Positions 47,594 to 57,630 of a stretch of 64,000 nucleotides of DNA are shown piece after piece; the stretch's first letter is position 1; every line of letters starts with the position of its first letter. This DNA is from Clostridia bacterium (lineage in GTDB: Bacteria; Bacillota; Clostridia; UBA1381; UMGS1253). Under the pieces are notes generated by a model. It was not told the DNA's origin and searched no databases. It saw only the letters and a list, made by a program, of their open reading frames with translations. Both the position numbers and the translations under genes were made by a program. The stretch is taken from positions 37,234-101,233 of the forward strand of contig JAZNLB010000008.1 in assembly GCA_045578865.1 (NCBI GenBank), written 5' to 3'.

Positions 47594-47731
47594 AACGCAT
47601 TTGCATTTCCATTTATTTACATATTTTATTAAAAAAGGAGAATAAAGATGTAAAATTTCAGTGATATCCTTGCTTTGTTGGCGTGATATTTTTACTCCCT
47701 TAAGTTTCATAGATTGCGCCATGCAAAAATA

Positions 47732-47760
47732 TTGTAAAACCCAAAAATGTGTGATATAAT
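47732..47760 (+). promoter_or_regulatory. Strong sigma-A promoter for the FrhB-like gene
   Basis: TTGTAA, 17-nt spacer, TATAAT, with an extended -10 TGa. Confidence 0.6.
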
Positions 47761-47801
47761 TTTGTTGATTATAGTATGGCTTTGAGTTAAGCGAGGGGAT
47801 T

Positions 47802-48920
47802 TTGGTGAGATTGCAAAGTGTATATGAAAGCATAGACAAATGTTGCGGTTGTGCGGCGTGTATGAATTCGTGTCCGAAACATGCCATAACCATGGAATAT
47901 GGTGCGGACGGATATCTATACCCTGTTATTCATCAGGATAAATGTATAGGGTGCGGCATTTGCCAAAAGAAGTGTCCGTACAATGGTCAATGTTTTGTTC
48001 CTGCTACAATGGACGAAAGAGAAATGGATATCTATGCTTCCCAAGGGTTTGAAGAAGCTACGAGCAAAAGTACATCCGGCGGAATGTTTTATCTTCTGGC
48101 CAAGATGACGCTGGAAAATGGCGGCGTCGTATTCGGCGCAGTTTATGATGATAACATGCGTGTTAAGCACATCAAAGCCGAAACGATGGAGGAAATGGAG
48201 CATATAAGATGCTCTAAATATGTACAAAGCAATCCTGAATATACATACCAAGAGGCTAAACAGTGTCTGGATGACGGCAAAGAGGTCTTGTACAGTGGTA
48301 CACCTTGTCAGCTAGCCGGACTTTATGCCTACCTTGGCAAAGATTACGAAAACTTATTGTCCGTCGGACTTATTTGCTACGGAATTACACCTCCGAAAAT
48401 GTTTGAAGAATATATCAACATTTTGGAAAAGAAAAACGGTTCGAAGGTTAAGTTTTTTGACTTTCGCGACAAGACGGACGGCTGGGGCAATAAATTTGTT
48501 CGTATAGAATTTGTTGATGAAAGTAAAACATATGTTATTGCGTCCAGCGAAGAGCCGTACAAAAGAATGTTTTCAAGCAAAAACTTTACGAGAACCACAT
48601 GCAACACTTGCCCATACGCTTATATGAAGCGTTTTACGGATATTTCGATTGGAGATTATTGGAAGATTGAGAATACAGATTGCAAGATAAATCCGTACGC
48701 GGGATTGTCAAAAATGTTTGTTTCTACAAAAAAAGGTGCAAGAGCTGTTGATAAAATAAAGCAGCATATGCATTGGGAATTGATGCCTTTTGAAACAGCT
48801 GTAAGACCAAATCTTGCCGGCAAGGGAGGCATGAGTCCTGTATTTGATGAATGTGGAAGGGATTATGCAAAGCACGGCTTTTTATATGTAATGAAAAAAT
48901 ACCACGATGCTGATTTTTAG
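47802..48920 (+). CDS. Fe-S flavoprotein of the coenzyme F420 hydrogenase/dehydrogenase beta subunit (FrhB)-like family
   Basis: N-terminal 2x[4Fe-4S] motifs are CCGCAACMNSCP and CIGCGICQKKCP, followed by an FrhB-like body (SSGGMFYLLA, GTPCQLAGL). The start is TTG 47802 or GTG 47805. Confidence 0.75.
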   Translation: MVRLQSVYESIDKCCGCAACMNSCPKHAITMEYGADGYLYPVIHQDKCIGCGICQKKCPYNGQCFVPATMDEREMDIYASQGFEEATSKSTSGGMFYLLAKMTLENGGVVFGAVYDDNMRVKHIKAETMEEMEHIRCSKYVQSNPEYTYQEAKQCLDDGKEVLYSGTPCQLAGLYAYLGKDYENLLSVGLICYGITPPKMFEEYINILEKKNGSKVKFFDFRDKTDGWGNKFVRIEFVDESKTYVIASSEEPYKRMFSSKNFTRTTCNTCPYAYMKRFTDISIGDYWKIENTDCKINPYAGLSKMFVSTKKGARAVDKIKQHMHWELMPFETAVRPNLAGKGGMSPVFDECGRDYAKHGFLYVMKKYHDADF

Positions 48921-48926
48921 GCGTAT

Positions 48927-48970
48927 AAGGCTTTGAGCGAAAAAGTTCGCTCAAAGCCTTATATATTTTA
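48927..48970 (+). terminator. Hairpin terminator after the FrhB-like gene
   Basis: A 14-bp stem AAGGCTTTGAGCGA/TCGCTCAAAGCCTT with a weak T tract. Confidence 0.55.
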
Positions 48971-49017
48971 ATTATGTTTGAAATATTTTTAGTAAAATGA
49001 CACAGTTTGTATCGTAC

Positions 49018-49053
49018 AGAAAAAAGCGACTTGTCGAAACAAGTCGCTTTTTT
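49018..49053. terminator. Bidirectional terminator downstream of tRNA-Gly
   Basis: AAAAAAGCGACTTGT-CGAA-ACAAGTCGCTTTTTT. Confidence 0.8.
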
Positions 49054-49054
49054 C

Positions 49055-49128
49055 TGGAGCGGATGATGGGAATCGAACCCACAACCTCAGCTTGGGAAGC
49101 TGATGTTTTACCACTAAACTACACCCGC
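49055..49128 (-). tRNA. tRNA-Gly (anticodon CCC), CCA encoded
   Basis: The minus strand reads GCGGGTGTAGTTTAGTGGTAAAACATCAGCTTCCCAAGCTGAGGTTGTGGGTTCGATTCCCATCATCCGCTCCA. The anticodon loop is TTCCCAA. Confidence 0.92.
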
Positions 49129-49170
49129 ACAAATTGCATACAAACATTATCGCACGCAATTTTTGAAATG

Positions 49171-50019
49171 TCAATCATTATTTATCGCATTTTCGTCGTA
49201 ATAATCCAAAAAATTGTGCTTTCCTGTACCGTCTTTAAATCCAATCAATGTTCCGATATTGACATTATACATGCTTCTAAAAATATTCATTTCAACATTT
49301 GGATTGTTATTTTTGAGCTGTGCAATCAGCGCCTTAATCTCTTTTCGTTTCGACTGCATTTCTTTGTTTGCAATCTGCTCGGTAAAACGGCATGCACATG
49401 CTAAAAATTCCAATTCATTCGTCTCTGCCCAACGGATAATATCCGCCTCATGCACATAGTAAAGCGGGCGAATTAATTGCATCCCCTCAAAATTTGAAGA
49501 ATGCAATTTCGGCATCATACCTTTAATTTCACTGCCGTAGAGTATGCTCAAAAGTAATGTTTCAATCACATCATCAAAATGATGGCCAAGCGCAATTTTA
49601 TTGCATCCCAGCGCCTTTGCACGGCTGTATAAATAGCCGCGACGCATCCTCGCACAAAGGTAGCACGGCGCGCCCTCGCTAGCATAGGCAACATCGAACA
49701 CATTTGTATCAAATATTTCTATCGGTAATTCTAAATGCTGTGCGTTTGTAATAAGGCGCTGTCTGTTTTCTGGATTATAGCCCGGGTCCATAACCAGAAA
49801 TTTTAACTCAAACGGCACCGGGCCGTATTTTTGTAATTCCTGCAAACATTTGGCCAGAAGCATAGAATCCTTTCCACCGGAAATACAGGCGCACACGCGG
49901 TCCCCTGCTCCAATAAGTCTGTATTCCTTCACTGCCTTGGTAAATTGACTCCATATTGGTTTTCTGAATTGCTTAATTATGCTCTTTTCAATCTCACTGC
50001 AACTGACCACGCAAATCAC
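49171..50019 (-). CDS. ttcA: PP-loop ATPase, tRNA 2-thiocytidine synthase TtcA family
   Basis: It has the SGGKDS PP-loop and Cys motifs CYLCARMRRG and CACRF. The start may be GTG 50010 rather than 50019. Confidence 0.8.
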   Translation of the reverse strand: MICVVSCSEIEKSIIKQFRKPIWSQFTKAVKEYRLIGAGDRVCACISGGKDSMLLAKCLQELQKYGPVPFELKFLVMDPGYNPENRQRLITNAQHLELPIEIFDTNVFDVAYASEGAPCYLCARMRRGYLYSRAKALGCNKIALGHHFDDVIETLLLSILYGSEIKGMMPKLHSSNFEGMQLIRPLYYVHEADIIRWAETNELEFLACACRFTEQIANKEMQSKRKEIKALIAQLKNNNPNVEMNIFRSMYNVNIGTLIGFKDGTGKHNFLDYYDENAINND

Positions 50020-50147
50020 CTCACCGATATATTTTAAAAGATTTTAATTTTTTTGTCAATCTGCCGTAATTGAAAAAATTTTTTAAAAGGCTTTTAAAAG
50101 TTAAAAAGATGTGGTAAAATATACTGAACACTTTTGGAGGTAACACT

Positions 50148-50807
50148 ATGTTTAAATATGAATTACACTGTCATACAAAGCCGGTCAGCAAATGTTCGAG
50201 ATTTCCCGTAAAGGAATTGGTCGAGACCTATATTGAGCACGGATATAACGGTATAGTATTGACAAACCACATCAACGCAATGACATTCATGGAACAAAAA
50301 ACAAGTCATTGGTCAGATTTAATGACATATTATCTGCGTGATTACGAAGAAGCCATCCGTGTTGCAAACGGCAGAATTACGGTTTTACTGGGCGCAGAGT
50401 TGCGTTTTCATGAAAACGGAAACGATTATCTGCTCTACGGTGAAAATTTGAAAGATTTTTTACTTAAAACCGAACATTTGATGTATATGGGCATTAAGAA
50501 GTTTTCTCCGCTCGCCAGAGAGGCGGACACGCTGGTGTTTCAGGCGCATCCTTTCCGAAACGGTATGACTATAACCAATCCGAATTTGATTGACGGCATA
50601 GAAGTCTTTAATGCACATCCTCGCCATGATTCAAGAAACGATTTGGCAAAACTCTGGCAAGAACGCTACGACTTGTTGCGTTGCGCCGGTTCTGACGCAC
50701 ACGAAGCCGGCGATATATCCAGCGGCATACTTACGAACATCGAAATCAAAGATAGCAAAACCCTCGTAGATGTTTTAAAAACCGGACAATTTGAAATTAT
50801 ACAATAA
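50148..50807 (+). CDS. PHP-domain metal-dependent phosphoesterase
   Basis: The N-terminal ELHCHT is followed by His/Asp ligand strands (NHIN, AHPFR, GSDAHE). Confidence 0.75.
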   Translation: MFKYELHCHTKPVSKCSRFPVKELVETYIEHGYNGIVLTNHINAMTFMEQKTSHWSDLMTYYLRDYEEAIRVANGRITVLLGAELRFHENGNDYLLYGENLKDFLLKTEHLMYMGIKKFSPLAREADTLVFQAHPFRNGMTITNPNLIDGIEVFNAHPRHDSRNDLAKLWQERYDLLRCAGSDAHEAGDISSGILTNIEIKDSKTLVDVLKTGQFEIIQ

Positions 50808-50829
50808 TTTACACAAGGAGCAATGCAGC

Positions 50830-51732
50830 ATGGAACTGGCATACAAGGTGTTTATACAAGTCATCATTATGTTTATCCTTATTTTGCTTGGTTTTGCTTT
50901 AACTAAGTTTAAAATTATTGATGAAAACGGAAAGTCTCAATTTTCGGAAGTGCTTTTGACGGTTGTTATCCCATGTGTAATCATCAATGCGTTTCAAGTG
51001 GATTTCGATAAAACTTTAATTAAAGGCCTGATTTTAGCCTTTATCTGCTCCATTTTGATTCATGTTGTTGCTATTCTTCTTGGCAGAATAATCTACAAAA
51101 ATATGCCGATTAGTAACTTTTCCATAATCTATGCCAATAGCGGATTTATGGCAATTCCTCTTCTGCAAGCCGTGCTCGGCAGCGAAGGTGTGTTTTACGG
51201 GGCGGCATATCTTGCCGTCTTTAATACGCTCGTATGGACACACGGTATGTATCTGTTTACAAAAGGGAATTTTACAGCGAAAAAATTACTTTTAAATCAC
51301 GGTCTTATCGGTGTTGTTCTTGGACTGAGTCTATTCGTTACCCAAATTAAATTGCCCTTCATCCTGTTGGAGTCCATTCAATATATGGCAAGTTTAAATA
51401 CGCCCATAGCGATGCTTTTGCTTGGCGCATTCCTCGCCGATGTAAATATGGGCAGTATTTTCAAAAACAAACATTTATATATCGTTTCTTTTCTTCGATT
51501 ACTTGTAATACCGCTACTGGGTTGCTTAATTTTAAATCTATTTCGTTTAGATGAAACCGTATATATGGCAGTACTGATTCCTGCAGCCTGTCCAATAGCG
51601 ACCATAATCGCTATCTTTGCACAACGCTATAACAAGGATCGAGGACTCGCCAGCCAGTTCGTCGCCATCAATACAATTCTGTCCATTGTAACCCTGCCCC
51701 TCGTTGTGTATCTAAGTTCATTTCTACGATAA
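50830..51732 (+). CDS. AEC (auxin efflux carrier) family permease
   Basis: About 10 TM segments with two-repeat topology. ATG 50830 follows AAGGAG. Confidence 0.75.
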   Translation: MELAYKVFIQVIIMFILILLGFALTKFKIIDENGKSQFSEVLLTVVIPCVIINAFQVDFDKTLIKGLILAFICSILIHVVAILLGRIIYKNMPISNFSIIYANSGFMAIPLLQAVLGSEGVFYGAAYLAVFNTLVWTHGMYLFTKGNFTAKKLLLNHGLIGVVLGLSLFVTQIKLPFILLESIQYMASLNTPIAMLLLGAFLADVNMGSIFKNKHLYIVSFLRLLVIPLLGCLILNLFRLDETVYMAVLIPAACPIATIIAIFAQRYNKDRGLASQFVAINTILSIVTLPLVVYLSSFLR

Positions 51733-51744
51733 GGAAGTTGTTGT

Positions 51745-53346
51745 ATGATTCGAATTTCACAATTAAAAGTTCCAATTAATTTAGATACCCCTGCTTATAT
51801 TAAAAACAAAATTCAAAAATTGCTTGGTCTCTGTTTACAAGACATTATTTGCATCACACCCGTGCGCCGTTCAATAGATGCACGCAAGAAAAGTAATTTA
51901 CTATATGTCTATAATTTTGATGTTTCCGTGCGTGCGGACGAAGAAAAAGTTGTTGCTCGTTGTGCAAATGTAAATATTACAATCGCACCACATAATGCAC
52001 AGTTCAGTCTTGGCACAATCAAAGCCGACATGCCGCCCGTAATCTGCGGCATGGGTCCTGCCGGTCTGTTTTGTGCATATGCACTCGCTTTATCCGGCGC
52101 AAATCCCATTTTAATCGAGCGCGGTAAATCAATTGACGAACGCGTAAAAGACACGCAAAATTTCATGTGCACAGGTACGCTTAATCCGGAAAGCAACATT
52201 CAATTCGGCGAAGGCGGCGCAGGCACATTTTCAGATGGAAAACTCACGACGGGTACATCAAATAACCGCTTAGGTTACATATTAAAAACCTTTGTTGAGT
52301 GCGGCGCTCCGGAAAACATCCTCTATGATGCAAAACCGCACATCGGCACGGATGTTTTAAGAAATGTAATTAAAAACATTCGAAACAAAATACTGGAGCA
52401 CGGCGGTCAAATCCTTTTCGAAACAAAGCTTACGAATATCCATATTACAAACAATGCAATCACCTCTATAACCGTAATACAACACGGCGCACAGCGGACA
52501 ATCCCTTGCAAAAAATTGATTTTAGCCATTGGCCACAGTGCAAGAGACACTTTTGAACTATTGCACGAGAAAAACTTGAATTTGCAACAAAAACAATTCT
52601 CAATGGGTGTTAGAATTGAGCATAATCAGCATACAATAAATATGGCACAATATGGTACGGATGCACTAGGCGCAGCTGATTATAAACTCGCAGTTAAAAC
52701 CAAAAGCGGACGCGGTGTGTATACCTTTTGCATGTGTCCCGGCGGTCATGTCATCGCCGCCGCTTCCGAAGAAGGCGGTGTGGTAACCAACGGCATGAGT
52801 TATCATGCGCGCGAAGGCGAAAACGCAAACGCAGCTTTGCTGTGCGATGTATATCCGTCAGATTTCAATTCCGACCATCCGCTTGCGGGTATATATTTAC
52901 AAAGAAAACACGAAAAACTAGCTTACGAATGCGGCGGCAAAAACTATAATGCGCCCGCCTCGCTTGTCGGTGACTTTTTATCAAACACCAGCTCGGAAGG
53001 CAGCCTAACAATTCAGCCGACTTATGAGCCAAATGTCACTTGGTGCAATGTTGCAGATTGCCTACCATCCTATGTGGCGGATGCCCTGCGCGAAGCTTTA
53101 CCGATGCTTGGACGAAAGCTCAAAGGCTTTGATGCACCGGACGCCGTTTTAACCGGAATTGAATCACGCTCTTCTTCCCCTGTACGCATTGTTCGTAATG
53201 CGTCGTTACAAAGCAATATTATAGGTATTTATCCCTGTGGCGAAGGCGCCGGCTATGCAGGCGGAATTATGAGTGCGGCAGCCGATGGTCTACTCGTCGC
53301 GCAACAGATTGTAAATGAGTTTTGTGATTTTAAGAGAAATAATTAG
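51745..53346 (+). CDS. FAD-dependent oxidoreductase (COG2509-type, uncharacterised dehydrogenase)
   Basis: Dinucleotide fold ICGMGPAGLFCAYAL...ERG. The C-terminus PCGEGAGYAGGIMSAAADG is typical of this family. Confidence 0.75.
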   Translation: MIRISQLKVPINLDTPAYIKNKIQKLLGLCLQDIICITPVRRSIDARKKSNLLYVYNFDVSVRADEEKVVARCANVNITIAPHNAQFSLGTIKADMPPVICGMGPAGLFCAYALALSGANPILIERGKSIDERVKDTQNFMCTGTLNPESNIQFGEGGAGTFSDGKLTTGTSNNRLGYILKTFVECGAPENILYDAKPHIGTDVLRNVIKNIRNKILEHGGQILFETKLTNIHITNNAITSITVIQHGAQRTIPCKKLILAIGHSARDTFELLHEKNLNLQQKQFSMGVRIEHNQHTINMAQYGTDALGAADYKLAVKTKSGRGVYTFCMCPGGHVIAAASEEGGVVTNGMSYHAREGENANAALLCDVYPSDFNSDHPLAGIYLQRKHEKLAYECGGKNYNAPASLVGDFLSNTSSEGSLTIQPTYEPNVTWCNVADCLPSYVADALREALPMLGRKLKGFDAPDAVLTGIESRSSSPVRIVRNASLQSNIIGIYPCGEGAGYAGGIMSAAADGLLVAQQIVNEFCDFKRNN

Positions 53347-53448
53347 ATTTTACTCGTTTACAAGAGGTTTTAGGAGTTATATTTAAATATTCAACACTCA
53401 ATTAGCATTTTAATATTTGTATTTTTTTGGCAAGTGTTGTATATTATA

Positions 53449-53475
53449 TTAGCACTCACCCAAAGAGAGTGCTAA
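53449..53475 (+). promoter_or_regulatory. CIRCE operator (HrcA binding site)
   Basis: Perfect TTAGCACTC-N9-GAGTGCTAA, 33 nt upstream of groES. Confidence 0.95.
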
Positions 53476-53793
<318 letters not shown>

Positions 53794-53809
53794 TTCATAT
53801 TCTATTTAG

Positions 53810-55456
<1,647 letters not shown>

Positions 55457-55479
55457 TCCCCTTTATGTCATAACAAACA

Positions 55480-55512
55480 AAAAACAGCAGTCAGACACCT
55501 GACTGCTGTTTT
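55480..55512. terminator. Bidirectional terminator between groEL and spoVAE
   Basis: AAAACAGCAGTCAG-ACAC-CTGACTGCTGTTTT. Confidence 0.8.
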
Positions 55513-55872
55513 CTATTTATCATTCTTACTTTTCGGTGAGAAGATAAGTGCTGCAAGATAACCAAAAAACACTGCTGCGGCTATACCTGCCGCTGCATTT
55601 TTTACGCCACCGGCGAGTGCGCCGAGCAAACCATTTTCCGAAACTGCCTCCTTAGCACCTTGACCAAGCAAATATCCAAATCCCGAGATTGGTACAGTTG
55701 CACCTGCCCCTGCGAAATCTACCAAAGGTTCATAGAGGTTTAACAAAGACAAAACAACGCCTGCACACACAAAACTTACAAGAATTCTCGCAGGGGTTAA
55801 TTTTGTTTTGTCAATTAAAATTTGTCCGATGGCGCAAATCAATCCGCCGACTAAAAACGCTTTTAAATACAC
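55513..55872 (-). CDS. spoVAE: Stage V sporulation protein AE (SpoVAEb-type)
   Basis: KAFLVGGLICAIGQILID...FAGAGATVPISGFG. I place the start at GTG 55872, 8 nt after AAAGGAGG, giving 119 aa. The longer track ORF overlaps spoVAD. Confidence 0.82.
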   Translation of the reverse strand: MYLKAFLVGGLICAIGQILIDKTKLTPARILVSFVCAGVVLSLLNLYEPLVDFAGAGATVPISGFGYLLGQGAKEAVSENGLLGALAGGVKNAAAGIAAAVFFGYLAALIFSPKSKNDK

Positions 55873-55874
55873 CT

Positions 55875-56891
55875 CTACAACCTCCTTTGAATACGAACGG
55901 CGTGTGCGATGCCCGGAATACTCTCCCCTTGCAATAATGACATAGGACTCATAAGTGCGCCTGTACATACAAGTAAAACATTGTTAAGTTCCCCTTTGAT
56001 TAGGCGATCATAGATATAACCACAAAAGGTGATTGCGCTACATCCACACCCGCTGCCGCCGCCATGCACATCCTGTCTATGAATGTCAAACACCAGCTTA
56101 CCGCAATCGTCATAGTTCTTTGAAACATCATAACCACTTTGACATAACAAATCACGAGTTATATCCCAACCGACAACACCCAAATCACCAGTAACAATCA
56201 GGTCATATGCCTCAGGCGAATAACCTGTATCCTCAAAATGCGTTCGAATCGTATCGTACGCAGCAGGCGCCATCGCCGCGCCCATATTATTGATATCCGT
56301 AATGCCCATATCTACAATCTTGCCCGTTGTAATGTGCGTGATAAAAGGTCCATTTCCTTGCTTAGACAACAAAACGGCACCTGCGCCCGTTACCGTCCAT
56401 TGCGCTGTCGGCGTCCGTTGTCCGCCGTACTCGAGCGGAAAGCGAAACTGTTTTTCCGAAGAACAAAAATGACTTGATGTCATTGCGAGCGCACAATCAG
56501 CAAAGTCACCGTCTATCGACATTGCGGCAAGGGATAAACTTTCCGCCATAGTTGAACATGCTCCGTAAAGTCCGAAAAACGGAATACCTGTGTCACACAA
56601 AGCATAATGCGTGCCGCAACACTGGTTGAGCAAATCACCTGCAAAAGCATAATCCAGCATATCCATAGATAATCCCGCCTTCGCAATCACTGTCTGCAAC
56701 GCAGACTTTTGCAGTTTACTCTCTGCTTTTTCCCATGTTTTTTCACCATAAAGGTCTTCGGTTAAAATTTCATCATAATACGGCGCAAGCGGGCCCTTAC
56801 CCTCTTTCACTCCGGCAATACTGGCGCAAGACAAAACGCTGACCGGCGATGACATGGCCACGGTTGACTTTCCCAATCGCTTTTTAGCCAT
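55875..56891 (-). CDS. spoVAD: Stage V sporulation protein AD (thiolase-like fold)
   Basis: 338 aa with a typical SpoVAD N-terminus (vegetative-like KASIII fold lacking active-site context). It pairs with spoVAE. Confidence 0.85.
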   Translation of the reverse strand: MAKKRLGKSTVAMSSPVSVLSCASIAGVKEGKGPLAPYYDEILTEDLYGEKTWEKAESKLQKSALQTVIAKAGLSMDMLDYAFAGDLLNQCCGTHYALCDTGIPFFGLYGACSTMAESLSLAAMSIDGDFADCALAMTSSHFCSSEKQFRFPLEYGGQRTPTAQWTVTGAGAVLLSKQGNGPFITHITTGKIVDMGITDINNMGAAMAPAAYDTIRTHFEDTGYSPEAYDLIVTGDLGVVGWDITRDLLCQSGYDVSKNYDDCGKLVFDIHRQDVHGGGSGCGCSAITFCGYIYDRLIKGELNNVLLVCTGALMSPMSLLQGESIPGIAHAVRIQRRL

Positions 56892-56900
56892 ACAAACACC

Positions 56901-57509
56901 TCACAGTACAACATCACATACAAAATACGCAGACATTTCTTTTCGCAAAAATTGGCCTTGAACCGTATGGCAAACCGGACATTGTTGCGGTGCTTGCGGC
57001 CTATTGTGTATATGACCGCAATTTTGACATACCCACATCGTATTCTCCTCTTGCTTAAACAATTCGTTTCGCTCCAACAAATCAGCAAATTTACCAAATC
57101 TCTCAGCGTGTGTTTTTTCTATAGCGGCAATATTTTCAAATGCCGTAGCAATTTCACTAAAACCTTCCTCCCTTGCCGTCTTCGCAAAATCAATATATAC
57201 CGTTGTATACTCCTCAGTTTCTCCGTGTTGCGCCGCACGCAGTAGTCTGTCCGGTTCATCATAATTGTCAATGGGATAATCCCCGGTAATCGTAATCTTT
57301 TCACCTGTCATTTGCTTTAAAAAATTATAAAAAATCTCAGCATGCTCGCGTTCTTGATTCGCCGTGTATACAAACACTTCGTGTAAAATTGTCAGGTTTG
57401 CCGCTTTCACCTTTGCAGCTGCGATTGTATAGCGATTTCTCGCTTGACTTTCACCCGCAAATGCACGCATCAAATTTGTCCTTGTTTCACTATCTTTAAA
57501 ATTTACCAT
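56901..57509 (-). CDS. rbr: Rubrerythrin
   Basis: A diiron four-helix domain (ESQARNRY, EREHAEIF, E..H pairs) plus a C-terminal rubredoxin-like CQNCG...CPVC. Confidence 0.9.
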   Translation of the reverse strand: MVNFKDSETRTNLMRAFAGESQARNRYTIAAAKVKAANLTILHEVFVYTANQEREHAEIFYNFLKQMTGEKITITGDYPIDNYDEPDRLLRAAQHGETEEYTTVYIDFAKTAREEGFSEIATAFENIAAIEKTHAERFGKFADLLERNELFKQEENTMWVCQNCGHIHNRPQAPQQCPVCHTVQGQFLRKEMSAYFVCDVVL

Positions 57510-57574
57510 TTTTCATTTCTCCTTTCTATACCCATATTGTTTTGCCGTTTTCACAAAATTATTCCCCAAATCAA

Positions 57575-57603
57575 TTGACTAAAAAAATTTTTTATGATAA
57601 TAT
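57575..57603 (+). promoter_or_regulatory. Sigma-A promoter for the GH3 gene
   Basis: TTGACT, 17-nt spacer, TAATAT, with an extended -10 TGa. Confidence 0.55.
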
Positions 57604-57606
57604 CAT
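57594..57606. promoter_or_regulatory. 6-1-6 palindrome ATGATA-A-TATCAT (Fur/PerR-family operator-like)
   Basis: A perfect inverted repeat overlapping the -10 above, in the rbr/GH3 divergent region. Confidence 0.3.
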
Positions 57607-57630
57607 TCTGTATGAAAGGGGCAGTCTATT

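Noticed and set aside
49031-49037. Exact Spo0A-box sequence TGTCGAA
   Set aside because: It forms the loop and stem of the tRNA-Gly terminator hairpin and has no promoter context, so it is a chance match.
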